A DNA stretch of 64,000 nucleotides from the NCBI GenBank assembly GCA_964291215.2, contig OZ219790.1, positions 2,368,001-2,432,000 of the forward strand, written 5' to 3'. This document shows, one piece after another, positions 45,556 through 57,384 of the stretch. The notes under the pieces were generated by a model that was not told the origin of the DNA, did no database searches, and saw only the letters and a program-made list of their open reading frames with translations. Within the stretch, counting starts at the first letter, position 1. Each line of letters opens with the position of its first letter. The DNA comes from Alphaproteobacteria bacterium. Lineage in GTDB: Bacteria > Pseudomonadota > Alphaproteobacteria > MPNO01 > UBA830. Position numbers and translations under genes: made by a program.

Positions 45556-46806
45556 TCAGAACTGCCGCACGAAGGAGAGTTCGGCGCGGTTGCGGTCGTA
45601 GTCGAGGGTTTGGGCGTTGGTATCGCGCTCCTCGCGGATGAGCGAGAGGCGGGGGCTGAAGCCGAGCACGGTGAAGGCGCGGTTGTGCACGGAGAACGAG
45701 AGAGTGCGCGTCTCGTCCCGGCGCGGCCTGCGGTCGATGGTGTTGTGGGCGAAGCCCTGTCCCTGGTATGCGGCGCGCTGCAGGGAGGCGCGCAGGCCGA
45801 GGGTGAAGCCGGCCGGCAGCGCGAGCGTCGCGCCGAGGCCGGCCCGGGGTCCGCGGTTGCGCCAGTGTTCGGCATTGGCGCGGGTCCAGTTGTATCCGGC
45901 ATGGCCGCCGAGGCGCAGGATCGGCAGGGCGGCCCAGCTTGCGCCGAGCATCGAATCGCCCGCCGGGCCGTCGAGCCAGTTGCAGCCGCGGCAGTTGCGC
46001 CGGGTGGCGCTGGCGTAGGCGAACAGGGCGAGGCGCGGCGTCAGGCGGTGCGCGCCTTCCAGCCGGACGCCGAAGCGGTCGGTCTCGGGCCGCCCGGCGT
46101 TCCACTGCCGGTCCACCACCGCCAGCAGGCTCGCCTCCGTGCTCCCGTCGATCAGCCGGCGCGGGCCGATATGGGCCGAGAGCGAATGGCGGTCGAACGC
46201 CCCGCCCTTGTATTCCCGCGCGCTGGCGTCCGCCCCAGCGCGCAGCCGCAGGGCCGGCGAAAGCGGAACCTGGTATTCGCCGCCGCCCCACAGCGAGACG
46301 CCGATGCCCGACTTGCGCGACACGTCGCCGTCGAGGGTGAAGGGCAGGCGCCCTAACGGCGTGTCGAGAAAGATCGTGCGCTCCCCCGATGCGGCGTTGA
46401 GGTTGCTGTCGGGCGCCACCGCCAGGCCGAAATGCGCCTCCCAGCGCCGCCGCGCGCGCATGATGTCGAGGAAGCGCCGGATGTTGGCGGCCACCGCCGG
46501 CGGCGGCGTCCCCGCCAGAACCTGTTCGAAATGCCGCCGCGCCAGGCTGTCCTCCTCCTTCAGGAAGAAAGCGTGTGCGAGTTCCAGACGCACACGCACC
46601 AGTTCCGGGCGGTCCACCAGGATGGCCCGGAACGCCGCAATCGCCTCGTCGAGCTTCCCGTCGCGGGCGTCCCGGTCCGCGGCGGCCTGCGCGGCGGCGA
46701 GCGCCTCCATGCCCGCCCGGAACCGCTCGCCGGTCGCATCCTGGCCGTGGGCGGCGGCGGCGAACAGATACAGCCCGGCGGCAATGACGAGAGCGGGTAT
46801 GCGCAT
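45556..46806 (-). CDS. Surface lipoprotein assembly modulator Slam (TPR plus DUF560 barrel; type XI secretion), intact
   Basis: Signal peptide, RVRLELA TPR, APDSNLN, beta-strand C-terminus ending in F; adjacent TbpB-like lipoprotein. Confidence 0.82.
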   Translation of the reverse strand: MRIPALVIAAGLYLFAAAAHGQDATGERFRAGMEALAAAQAAADRDARDGKLDEAIAAFRAILVDRPELVRVRLELAHAFFLKEEDSLARRHFEQVLAGTPPPAVAANIRRFLDIMRARRRWEAHFGLAVAPDSNLNAASGERTIFLDTPLGRLPFTLDGDVSRKSGIGVSLWGGGEYQVPLSPALRLRAGADASAREYKGGAFDRHSLSAHIGPRRLIDGSTEASLLAVVDRQWNAGRPETDRFGVRLEGAHRLTPRLALFAYASATRRNCRGCNWLDGPAGDSMLGASWAALPILRLGGHAGYNWTRANAEHWRNRGPRAGLGATLALPAGFTLGLRASLQRAAYQGQGFAHNTIDRRPRRDETRTLSFSVHNRAFTVLGFSPRLSLIREERDTNAQTLDYDRNRAELSFVRQF

Positions 46807-46906
46807 GGGAACCCCTGTCCGTGAAAGGGAACCTCCGGGCGCCGGAGGAAAGAAGGCCCCGGCCGCCTGAAGAGCAGCCGGGGCCTGAACCGGATCCGGG
46901 AGCCGG

Positions 46907-48607
46907 CTACTCCGTCGTCTCCGTCTTCATCCTCGTTGCGAAGCTGCCGGCAACGTGCCCGTTCGAGAAGTGGGCGTTGAAGTTGCCGATCACGCCGACC
47001 GGACGCTTCGTGCTGCTATCGCCATAGGTTATAGCCTCCCACCCGCCGGCTCGAGGCGTAACGCCGCCGGCAGAGTCGGAACCCTGGGCATCGCCCCTGT
47101 TGCTCGAGCCGCGAAAGTCGAGGTCGTCATCCTGCTTCTCCATGAGCGTAACGCTCCAGTCCTCGTCGACGGCATTCCCCATGAAGTTGTCGATCTTTCC
47201 TCCCAGTGCTGGTGTCCCCGCCGCCCCGAACTTGGCGTTGAGCGTCACATCCGCCGTGAACTGTCCCGACTTGAGCCCCGTGAGAGTGGGACCGGTGTAG
47301 GTCTTCAGCACCGACAGGCCCAGGGCCTTGCCCTCGTAGGTGGCGGTTTCGGCAAGCCCGGCGGTCTCGCTGACATCCCCGGCAGAGCCGGCGGGGCTGT
47401 GGGCGAAGAGAGCGATAAAGGTGGTGGAGACGCTCTCATACAGCCAGTACCCGTAGCGGGCATAGGTGCCGTACGGCGTGTAGTAGGAGTTGCCCGCCTT
47501 CATCTGGTAGTAGAGCGTATTTCCCCCAACCTTCTGGAAAAACAGCGAACCCATCAGATTGCCGCCGTCAACCTTACAGCTGCCCTGGCAATACAACGTC
47601 CCCTTGATCCCCTTGTAATACTGGTCGGTGAGTTTGCCGGCGGCGGGGATTTCAGGAAGCGCCGTCAGGGCCTTTCCATCCGAGTCGGTTAATGCGGAAA
47701 CGGGCATCCCGGCAAGGGGCAGGACATCGACATCCATGATGTTGGTGCCGAAGGCCTTCTTGATCAGGTTCCCCGCTCCGGCGATCTGCTCCCAGGTCAT
47801 GGCGTCTTCCGGGAGGCCGCGCCGGTCATACTCGATGTAGCCCTTGGAGCGGCCAGGGTCTGTGCTGGTGTCCGAGGGGGTAGGGGCGACGCGCTCCACC
47901 GGTACCTTCGTATCCCCCTTAGGCAGGGCAGCCAGTTCTGGCCTGCTCAAGTACCAAGACGAGTTCTTGGGAGGAGAAGAGCCATTGCCTTCGCCGGTGG
48001 GCTGCAGCATGTAAAGGACCCGCCGCGCGTTGTTGCCGCTCTCGGCGGCACTAGCGGGGGTTTCGCCGGCGAGGCCCTTGATTTTCGCCTCGGTATCGAC
48101 CTTCGCGGCATAGCCGTTGACCGTTGTCTGGTACCCCTCGATGAGCTTGATCTGCGCTTCCACGTCCTTGATCCGCTGACCGACCACCTCCTTTTGCGAC
48201 GCGAGGCCGGGCGTGCCCGACACGGCGTTCAGGTCCGTCTGCGCCTTCTTGGCCGCCGTCAGCGCCGCCTTGGCGTCCGCCAGCGCCTTGTCGGCCGCCG
48301 CCTTCGCGGCTATCACGGCCGCGGCGTTGGTCCGGACCACCGAGCTGTCGCCTCCGGTGGTGTAGATGTCATATGCGTTCGCCAACTTGGCCGCGTCAAG
48401 CTGCATTTTGGCCGTTTTCGCGGCATCCTCCGCCGCCTTCTTGGCCGCCGTGGCGGCGGCGACGTAAGACTGCGCTTTTTCGACCGGCGTCATCTCCATC
48501 TGCTGGTCGTCCATCGCGGCCGGCTTTTTGGACCCGCCGCCGCAGCCCGCGAGCGCCAAGCCCGCAGCAGCCAGCGCCGCCAAAGTCACATGTTTCATGG
48601 TTCTCAT
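46907..48607 (-). CDS. Surface lipoprotein with TbpB-like barrel, copy 2
   Basis: Near-identical to 41865-43565. Confidence 0.8.
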   Translation of the reverse strand: MRTMKHVTLAALAAAGLALAGCGGGSKKPAAMDDQQMEMTPVEKAQSYVAAATAAKKAAEDAAKTAKMQLDAAKLANAYDIYTTGGDSSVVRTNAAAVIAAKAAADKALADAKAALTAAKKAQTDLNAVSGTPGLASQKEVVGQRIKDVEAQIKLIEGYQTTVNGYAAKVDTEAKIKGLAGETPASAAESGNNARRVLYMLQPTGEGNGSSPPKNSSWYLSRPELAALPKGDTKVPVERVAPTPSDTSTDPGRSKGYIEYDRRGLPEDAMTWEQIAGAGNLIKKAFGTNIMDVDVLPLAGMPVSALTDSDGKALTALPEIPAAGKLTDQYYKGIKGTLYCQGSCKVDGGNLMGSLFFQKVGGNTLYYQMKAGNSYYTPYGTYARYGYWLYESVSTTFIALFAHSPAGSAGDVSETAGLAETATYEGKALGLSVLKTYTGPTLTGLKSGQFTADVTLNAKFGAAGTPALGGKIDNFMGNAVDEDWSVTLMEKQDDDLDFRGSSNRGDAQGSDSAGGVTPRAGGWEAITYGDSSTKRPVGVIGNFNAHFSNGHVAGSFATRMKTETTE

Positions 48608-48885
48608 CGAACTTTTCTCCTTAGCTCCCAGCTCAAACCTGACGAGCAGACTGTTTGGTATTTCACTAGACCGCTGCACCGGTTTAAAAGCCGCCCAGCC
48701 GCCTGCATTTGAACAACACCCGCATCTTAACCGTATGCGGCCCGCACCGCAACCTCACACTGATTCCCCGAATGCCAATTATCCAGATCTGTTGCATTCA
48801 TGCAACATGTTGCGACACGACAAACGCGCCGACACCTTGACCCTATCCGCTGTCATCATGCGCTCCTGCCGCCGAAGCTCGGCAA

Positions 48886-49025
48886 GGTGATCCCATGCTT
48901 GTTGATGTGATGTGATCGGAGTCCTGATCGCGGCGCGGGTCGACGCGTTCGAGGCTGCGATTTTGAGATTTGCTGACGCGCTGTTGCGGCGCGGGCTGTC
49001 CATTAGTCATAAATCCTGTCATAAC
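48886..49025. mobile_element. ISAs1-like end fragment followed by an IS4-like end fragment
   Basis: 48886-48995 matches 61068-61177; 48996-49025 resembles TIR CTGCCTATTAGTCACAAATC. Confidence 0.7.
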
Positions 49026-50460
49026 GTATCTACTCACCCCTTGTTGGGTTCTGATTGGCCATAGTGCTCGTTGATGATATCTGCGGCTTTTCCGTCGAGG
49101 GCGATTTGGGTGGCGACGTGATGATTGTAGCCGAGTGCGGCCATGGAGGTGAGGTAGCTTGAGCCCCGGCACCATGCTTTTGCGTGGAGCGGAAGCATCC
49201 GGACACCTTGACCTTTGCCATCCTGATCTTCTGTTCTCCGGCATTGTTGGTGAAGCTGACGTCGGGGTTGTCTATGAAGCGCAGGTTTTCGTGTTTCACG
49301 AGACGTTCGTGCAGGTTGTGCGCGTCGGACTTGCGTCCACGTTTTCCTTTCGTCGGGATGTCGGGCAGTTCCCTGGCGCCCTGATGATGCGGTAGCGCTT
49401 GCGCCCGGCGTCGTTCAGGGTTTTGGATGCGCTCTTGTTGACCTTGTGGCAGACCTCGCGGAACAGGCTCTTCATCAGTCGCGCGGTAGCCTCGACGACA
49501 AAGGTCAGTTCGCGCAGCAGGTGGCTGCCGCACAGCTGGTGGCTACACTGGCCCATGTACGAGGCCCAGGACGCCCTTGTAGCACGGGCCGATCTCTTGC
49601 CCGCGCTTGCGGTGCGGGAACTTGCACGTCAGGGTCCCACGACATGGAGCCACTTGCTGTTGATCCGAAATCGTCGACATCGGGCGTTGCAGGAGGTGCG
49701 CCACGGCAGCCTCCTCCCATGACGCATCGTGAAAGCATAGCTGAGGCCTCGGAGAGCTTGATGCCGGAGATCGCCTGCACGAGCGCGACGGCACGGCGCA
49801 GGGACAGCATCTGGGCGACCAGCAGGTTGATGACGAGGGCTTGGATGCCGATGCCGTACTGCACGGGATGTTGTCGGGGAACCGGCCCTTGCACTTCGGG
49901 CATTCCTTGATCTCGGCGCGGCGCTCGACGACCTCGAACACGATGTCGTAGAGGATGCAGCGCTCCCAATCGACGGGGCCGTCGGCGCCGCAGGCGTCGC
50001 AGGCCGCGACCGTCTCTTCGACGATGGTCTTGCACAGGTTGTCGCCCATCTGCCGGTTCGGCTTCGGGCCGTTGCTCCCGGCACGCTCTTGTCCGTCTGT
50101 GACGGCGGCAGACCGGAGTTCCGGCTCGTGCGTGGTCTTCTCCAGAAGGACGACGATGAGGATGTCGAACAGGATGACGAAGACGCGGATCACGGCCTCT
50201 TCCGCCACCTTGCCGGCAGCGCCGCGGTCTTGGCCGCTTCGAACTCCTCGCGCGCCGCCCGTCGCCATCACCCGGCCTTGCGCTTCATCAGCGCGCCGCC
50301 TCCGAGATGCGTTTCCACATACAGATCATGCGGGGGCTGGAGCCCCGGAAGCAGCTGGCACAGCCCGCTCGTCGCCTTCGATCCAAAGTAGCCCACTGGT
50401 GGTCCCCATCGTTCTCGATGACCACCACTAAGCGAATCGGCCTGCAGTGTCAAATCTCCA
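49026..50460 (-). mobile_element. IS66-family copy D, left end removed by IS30
   Basis: Right end GTATCTACTCACCCC; contains the 42-aa MTase-like leader ORF ending at 50268. Confidence 0.88.
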
Positions 50461-51660
50461 CCCCACTTCCAGTCTGAAGTGCAACATCCGGCCCTCATCG
50501 CAGTGAGGGCGTAGCCCGAACGGAGATGAGGGCCGGATGTTGCACAAATTTTTCCCCTCTGCCCTTCTCGATTCCGCCTGGAAACAGCTTCAGTTCCTTC
50601 AACATCGAGCTTATGCAACGCCTTTGTCGGCTTCAAGCCACTATTTCGCCGTCGCGCGGCATGGACCCTGCTGCACGTTGCGGCTTTGGAACGCAGATGG
50701 TCAGCGCGGTTTCACTTCAAGATTACCTCCGTCGGCGATCCCAGGACTTTCCGAGTGTTGAGCCGCACCTTCTGAACATCTTCGTTGCATGTCGCGCGAA
50801 AGTCCGTGCCCTTCGGGAAGTACTCCCGCACCAGGCCGTTGGTGTGCTCATTCAAGCCGCGCTCCCAGGAATGGAAAGGCGAAGAAGAAATCTGCGTCAA
50901 GTGCGACACGCCTGTGGTCTGCGAACTCCTTGCCGTTGTGATTGTGTGGACCAATAGCGCACCAGAGCCGAGCAGGCGGATCATGACCGAACCGACCGTG
51001 TCTTTCTGTCCACCCGGCAAGGTGTATTTCGTGGCACGAGCGACACGACAGCTCCACTGTGAGCTTTGCCGATGATGGCTCCCAGTCGCCGATCCGTTCC
51101 TTTGCCTCCGCAGGGCGCTCGGAAATGTCCACCCGGCCAGAATGGCATCCGCCCTTCCAGTTCGGCTTCTTGCCGCGCCGCCGAAGCTTCTTCCACAAGA
51201 CGCCCCCGGCTCTCCGATCTTCATGAATGCGATCATAGATCCGTTGCCGACCCACTGGGCGGCCCTCCAGTCGAAAACGGCCGCTGATCTGCTCGGGGCC
51301 CTCCCGCAGCTTTTTCTGAGCTTCAGCCCGAGGCGTCAACCGCCAAGAAACAGACGAGGCGGCCCTGCGTTTCTGCCATCCTTTGCGCCTGCTTGTGACG
51401 ATAACCCCGTCCCCCGGTGTTGCGCTTGATCTCCCGGAAAATTGTTGATCGGCCCAGCTGCCGAGCAATCGCACCTTGTGAAAGACCGCTTTTCTGCCTC
51501 AATCTGGCATCGCTCTTCGTAGGTGACGGTAGCCTTTGGACATGAACAAGCTCCCTTCATCTTGTACAGGAACTCTCGCCGCTACCGCTCCGCAACATCA
51601 TGCGTCTAAAAACACATGGCCACAGCCCATCATGTGTTGCACTTCACTATGGAACGGGGG
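50461..51660 (-). mobile_element. IS30-family element (degraded)
   Basis: TIRs CCCCACTTCCAGTCTGAAGTGCAACA / TGTTGCACTTCACTATGGAACGGGG; PEQISGR, IGDWE, SWERGLNEHTNGLVREYFPKG. Confidence 0.88.
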
Positions 51661-51928
51661 TGTTCGAGCAACACATAGAGGCGCGCCTCGTGGCCGCTCC
51701 TCAGCCTGACCCGGAAGAGCGCGTCGCACTGGGTCCGCGCGGCGTTCTCGTCGACGAAGCTGCCCTCGACCGCCTCGGGCGGGGCCTCGGAGTCGAGGAG
51801 GGCTGCCACCTCGGGTGGCAGGTATTCCGCGAGCAGCGAAGCGGCGCGGGCCGGCTCGGAGACCAGCGCCCGGAACAGCGCATCGTGCGGCGTCGCCGGA
51901 AGGCTCACCGGGAAAGACCTCCGGCATC
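51661..51928 (-). pseudogene. Rpn/YhgA-family nuclease N-terminal fragment truncated by IS30
   Basis: PHDALFRALVS..GSFVD..QCDALFRV..LYVLLEH. Confidence 0.8.
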
Positions 51929-52060
51929 GTCTCCGGGAGGCTCCCGACGGACAGCCCGCTCGCGGGCCGGAAGAGGAAGGACGTTCGACATGACGGCACC
52001 CTAAGCGGGAACATCGGGTTCGCAATCGCCGGTGCCTGCCTCGGGGACAGGCCGGAACCG

Positions 52061-52175
52061 TCATGACGGGCGGTAGTCCCTGAGGATATCGGCGGCAATG
52101 CTGTCGGAGACGCGGACGGCGGACCCGCGCACCGGGCCTTGCGCCAGATGCGCATAGCGCGCGGTAGTGGAAGGA
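52061..52175 (-). pseudogene. Tyrosine integrase extreme C-terminal fragment
   Basis: TTARYAHLA..VR.SA.RVSDSIA. Confidence 0.6.
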
Positions 52176-52377
52176 CTCCATGCCGCATTCGGCTGATTTC
52201 CCGCATCGCGGGCGGCAATTGGCCGGGTCGAGCCAGCCGACGCATAGTGGGCATCAAGTAGATTACTCGATTCCGGGAGGGCGCCATGGTGGGCAAGCAT
52301 ACAGGGGTTGAGGCGGCGATGAGGGCGGTCGCGCCGGCCGGCATCCGGTCCGGGAAGTCCATGCGGGAGATCGCAAC

Positions 52378-53055
52378 ATGACCACCGGAAACGAAACCAG
52401 ACGCGTGGCGGGCGCGGCCTCCGGCCCGACGCCACGGCGCCGGCGAGGGGAGGCATCCGTGACGGAGACCGGGGACGGCGTCCTTGCCTGGAAGGTTCTC
52501 CGGCAGGTCGTCGAATACGGGAAAGCCTGGCGCCGGCACGCCGCCGGCGTGTCGGACGTGCCGGAACCTGGTCCCTTCCCCATCCGGACGGAGGCCAACC
52601 TGGCGGCGGAGCGGTTCGAGATGCTCGCTTGGGAAGACCCCTGGAAGGCGGACGGCCCCGCCTCGCCCTTCTGGCGTCAGGACGGGATGCCGGAGGGCGT
52701 GCCGGAGCCGCTGCTCGGGCTGATGGGAGGCGCGGTCGAGGGGCTGCGCCTGCTCGGCGGCGGTCTGGTGCTCAAGATCGAACATGGCGGAGCGGCGGTC
52801 CGGATCGACCTCGGGAATGTGGTGCGGTTCCCCGACGACGGCGGCATTTCGATCAGGTATCCGTTCGGGCTGCGAATGCCGCTGTCGGTCCGGCGCCTTC
52901 TCGACTTCTGGAACGTGGCGGGTCTTCCGGTCCTTCGGAACGGGCAGGGTCGGGAGGCACGGTTCGCGAGATCGACAGGCTGATGACGGTGCTGGCCGGG
53001 CTCTGGGCCGGCAAGACGCCGCGCGGGATCGCGGAAGACATCTGGGGCAAGGGGG
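52378..53055 (+). pseudogene. Hypothetical protein with possible DUF2285-like HTH tail, truncated by IS
   Basis: PFPIRTEANL..AWEDP..SPFW; shifted-frame tail VLAGLWAGKTPRGIAEDIWG. Confidence 0.4.
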
Positions 53056-54321
53056 CTTTCAACCAGACGGGCTTGAGTCACCATTCATGAGGCCTTACAT
53101 AGTGGCCCATGAGGATCGGCTTTCGACATCTGTCTGCGAAGACGGTTGACTGGGGGGCGTCGGCTGCCGAGGGCAGCACGCCCTGGCGCGGGGATTGTGC
53201 GAGCGCGAGGACTGGCGCAACGCGAAGGGCGAGCTGTGTCTTGCCGCGTGCGGGTCTGCCTGACCTTGCTGCGTCGCTCGACATCGTTCTTCCTGCACCA
53301 AGGCCTGATGCCTTCGGCACCCTTGAGCGGGACTATCCCGACAAGCTCCTCGCCTGTTCTCTGGAGGACCTTGGAGAGGTCACCTTGGAGCCTGTGGGCG
53401 AGGACAAGCGCCCGTTCGATGATGGCGACCTGGCATCCCGAGGCGTGCGCACCCGGGTGAGCTACTGGATCACCTCGTCGCGCCACGGTCGCCTCGGCGG
53501 CCTGGTGTTTGGTGCGGCGAGTTGGCACCAGAAGGCGCGCGACGACTTCTGGTCCCAGGGAGCCCGTGTCCTCGGCGAGATCGTCAACAACGATCGCTTC
53601 CTGATCCTTCCATCGTGTGAAGGAGTTGGCCTCCCATGCCCTGCCGGCGTCTGGCTGCGGACTGAGAAGTACGGGGTAAGGCCGGTACACGTATGTGGGT
53701 CCCGAGCACAGCGGCGTGAGCTACCGGGCGGCGGGCTGGGAGCGCTGTGAGGAGATGACCTCGGGTCGACCTCCCGGGGCCACTGGCCCGGGCGTGCAGC
53801 GGTCCGTATTGATGAAGCCTCTGGCGCGCCGTGCCGGGAGCGTGTCGGCGCCCCTTGTCGGCGGTGACAGCTGGGCGATGAGGGAGTACGCCCTCAGCAG
53901 CCACAGTGACGTGCGCATCCGCGAGCGCCTTGTCACCATGGGCGTGGGACGATCGTCCCGGCGAGATCCTGCCGACGATCTTCCCCGGCGAGGCGGAGCA
54001 GAAGGCGGCCTACCGCTTGTTGTCGAATCCGAGGGTGATCATATCCTCGAGGAGCACTAGGAAGCGATGGTGGAACGCTGCCGTTCGCAGCGCCTGATTC
54101 TTGCCATCCAGGACACGACGTTCTTGAATTACAATGGCTTGGAGGTGGGTCTTGTCGACATCGGCGGCTCGGGCGCCCTTGGCATGGCGGCCCATGCCGG
54201 GGTTGCCTTCAGCGAAGGCGGCTCATCCCTCGGCCTGTTCCATCTCGACGCCGACTTCCGCCTCAAGCCAGAAGAAGGACGAGGCAGACGACAAGGAGAG
54301 CCGGCGCTGGGGGGGGGGGGG
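53056..54321 (+). mobile_element. IS4/DUF4338 element 5' remnant
   Basis: Left end CTTTCAAC; paralog of 23203-24400 (MRIGFRH, IVNNDRFLIL, AAYRLLSN, LAIQDTT); ends in a G13 run. Confidence 0.8.
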
Positions 54322-54323
54322 CG

Positions 54324-55574
54324 GAGGTACTGTAACTTGATGTCTGGAAATTTGTCTGAGGTTTGCGCTTTGAGGCGTTTCACTGGGGGGCTAGCCCCCC
54401 AGTGAAACGCGGCGCCATCGTGCTATCCCATGGAGTTGGAAAACCTTCATGGAGGAAGCGAATGGACCTGCGACACACTACGACGATCTGGACTGTTTTG
54501 GAACATCTGATCGCAAACGGAGCAACGGATCTGGGGCGGGTCTTTGGTCAGCTCTTCGAGCTTGCGATGCAAATCGAGCGCGAGCAGCACTTGAAAGCGG
54601 GCCACCGGACACCGGAACGACAGGGCTATGCCAACGGCTACAAGCGGATCGACACCCCCACTGTTACCGTTCAGGTGCCAAAGACGGCCGCTCACGGGGA
54701 CGATCCGTCCCCAGTCGCTTGAACGCGGCCAGCGATCTTCTCGCGCCGTGGCCGAGATGTACATCAAGGGTGTTTCCACGCGGCAGGATGTAATGCGCGA
54801 GTTCGGGAGCCTGTCCTCTTCTCAGGTCAGCCGGGCCACCAGGTTGCTCGATGAAGAACTCGCCGCGCAACCGGCCCCTGATGAAATACCTGATCCTGGA
54901 TGGCACTATGAAAAAGCCCGCCATGACGGCGTTGTGCGCGATGTCGCAGTGCTCTCGGCCATCGAATAGGGGCTGCAGGCACGTTCTGGGGCTCTCTGTG
55001 GCGCTCTCCGAGGCCGAGGTCCATTGGAGAGCCTTCCTGGAAAGCTTGCTAGCCCTGCATGGTACGACCTTCATCGTCTCGGATGCCGGGCTGAAAGCAG
55101 CACGACGCGCGGTGCTGGGCGCGGCGACGTGGCAGCGCTGCCAGTTCCACCTGGCGCAAAACGCCGTGCACCGAACAACGACATCAGGAAACGTATTGGA
55201 AAACAGCTCAGAGCCACGCCTCCTCACTCCAAACCGCCGAGGCTGAACTGGCCGCCCTCGTGGCCAGCTATCGCGACAAGCATCCAGGCTTCCTGGCTGG
55301 AAAACAATGCGGGGCTCGCTGTCTTCACCTTGCCCGATGCTCACCGCAAACGTATGCGAACCTCGAACGGCATCGAGCGACCGATCCAGCAAGAGCTCAA
55401 GCGGCGCACCTCCAAAGTCAGGGTCTTTCCGAACCTCGCCTCGTTGGAGCGCCTCTCAACTGCAGTCCTCATCGACGAAAAATGGGAAACCGAAACCAAG
55501 GCATACATCAAATGGGAACAGCTCGATGACTGATAGCTTCACGACAATTTCCAGACATCAGATTGCGTAATCTC
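54324..55574 (+). mobile_element. IS256-family element (degraded)
   Basis: IRs TGATGTCTGGAAATT / AATTTCCAGACATCA; YANGYK, EMYIKGVSTR, WQRCQFH, RTSNGIER. Confidence 0.88.
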
Positions 55575-55908
55575 CATGACATCATCGATAGCAGATCCAC
55601 ACCAAAAAAACAATCTATTTTGGCGCGAGCCCTAAGGAGGAACTTTAGCCCGAATTATTCACGAGCCTGCTGTGCATTGATCGTCGCGTGCGTGATCGGC
55701 CGGGTTGACGGCGAGGGTTCGATCTGGACTTGAAGGACGCGTTGGGGGTTGATGGGTGTGGTTCGTACCGCGGCTTGCGCCGCGCCGGTCACGGGCCTTG
55801 CGCGTTGATGCGCCCCCGCGGCCAGCAGGACAAGCATGTGGCGGTTCGGGAAGGCCGTCGGCAGGGCGATCCTGATTCTTGTTTTCAATTGCTCGACACG
55901 CACGGCGA
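55575..55908 (-). mobile_element. ISAzo13 left-end fragment (55575-55633) plus IS1380 3' fragment (55648-55908)
   Basis: 55575-55633 resembles the reverse complement of 21931-21990; RVEQLKTRIRIALP is an IS1380-like C-terminus. Confidence 0.65.
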
Positions 55909-56720
55909 CCGTGGGTCGGCAACGGATCTATGATCGCTGAAGATCGAAGAGCCGGGGGTGTCTTGTGGAAGAAGCTTCGACGGCGCGGCAAGAAGCCGAA
56001 CTGGAAGGGCGGATGCCGTTCCGGCCGGGTCCCTGTGGACATTTCTGAGCGCCCTGCGGAGACAAAGCAACGGGTCGGCGACTGGGAGCCATCATCGGCA
56101 AAGCTCACAGTGGAGTTGTCGTGTCGCTGGTTGATCGTGCCACGAAATACACCTTGCCGGGACGGGTGGACAGAAAAACCGCAGACACGGTCGGTCATAA
56201 TGCTCGGTTCTGGTGCGCTATTGGTCTACGTCAGACAACGGGGTTCGCAGACCACAGCCGTGTCGCTGAAGCACTTGACGCAGATTTCTTCTTCGCCTTT
56301 CCATTCTTGGGAGCGCGGCTTGAATGAGCACACCAACGGCCTGGGAGTACTTCCCAAAGGGCGCAGACATTCGCGCGATATGCAACGAAGATGTTCAGAA
56401 GGTACAGGATCGGGTCAACACTCGGAAAGCCTTGGGATCGTCAACGGAGGTAATGTTCGACCTTGAAGTGAAACCGTCCTGACCATCTGCGTTTCGAAGC
56501 CGCAACGTGCAGCAGGGTCCATGCCGCGCGACGACGAATTAGTGGCTTGAAGCCGACAAAGGCGTTGCATAAGCTCAATGTTGAAGGAACTGAAGCTGTT
56601 TCCAGGCGGAATTATGAGGGGCAGAGGGGGAAAATTTGCGCAACCCGGCCCTCATCTCCGTTCGGGCTACGCCCTCACTGCGATGAGGGCCGGATGTTGC
56701 ACTTCAGACTGGAAGTGGGG
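55909..56720 (+). mobile_element. IS30 partial copy 2
   Basis: Paralog of 50461-51260 with a different deletion set; right TIR ends at 56720. Confidence 0.85.
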
Positions 56721-56746
56721 ACATATGAGCTTGCTGTTCTGCGGAT

Positions 56747-57271
56747 TCAGCCAGCGTGAGGAAGGCGGCCGGAACCGCGAAGACGCGCCAAAGCATCATT
56801 CAGCGCCCGCGCCAGATCCTCGCGCTCCCCAAGCGTGAGAAACGCCCCGATCGTTAGCGACCGGCCGTGACTCGTCAGGACGAGCTCTGTCCTGTGGGGA
56901 GACAGCGTCCGGCATTCGACCCGCAACCACGACGGCTGGAACCGCCAGCGCGTCGACGCAGCCGAAGGCGCAACCCGCTCCACGGTCAGCACCCGCTCGC
57001 TGAGTTGCACGATCTCGTGCGTCCTGGCCCACCTGTAGTTCAGCCGGAACAGCAGATAGATAAGCACAACATCAAGACCGAAAAATCCCATGACCGGCCA
57101 CGCGCCCATAAGTGTGAAAGTCAGGCCGACACTGAAGCTCGTCACGCCGATCACCAACATCAGGATCACGAACCCCCGGCGGTCAAGGCTCGTATTGGGG
57201 CGGAGGATGGCGTCGAACAGGTAGCGGTCGCCATCTCTTCGCGAGCGTCCGATGGAACGAGTGTCGTTCAT
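56747..57271 (-). CDS. DUF2244 integral membrane protein
   Basis: LRPNTSL..GAWPVMGFFGLD..LTSHGR..IGAFL..ER. Confidence 0.85.
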   Translation of the reverse strand: MNDTRSIGRSRRDGDRYLFDAILRPNTSLDRRGFVILMLVIGVTSFSVGLTFTLMGAWPVMGFFGLDVVLIYLLFRLNYRWARTHEIVQLSERVLTVERVAPSAASTRWRFQPSWLRVECRTLSPHRTELVLTSHGRSLTIGAFLTLGEREDLARALNDALARLRGSGRLPHAG

Positions 57272-57384
57272 ACCCGAATCATAGGAAAGTCTGACTGTAA
57301 GTCAAACCCGGAAGGCGCCGTCGGCACCGTTCTCTCCGTCATCAGCCCGGTGACGCAACACACGCCATGACGCGAGGCCTAGCC

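Larger units (their letters stand above)
41850..48622. repeat. 2815-bp near-perfect inverted duplication (41850-44664 and 45808-48622)
   Basis: The arms are reverse complements; the lipoproteins differ at two residues (H/Y, T/M). Confidence 0.95.
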
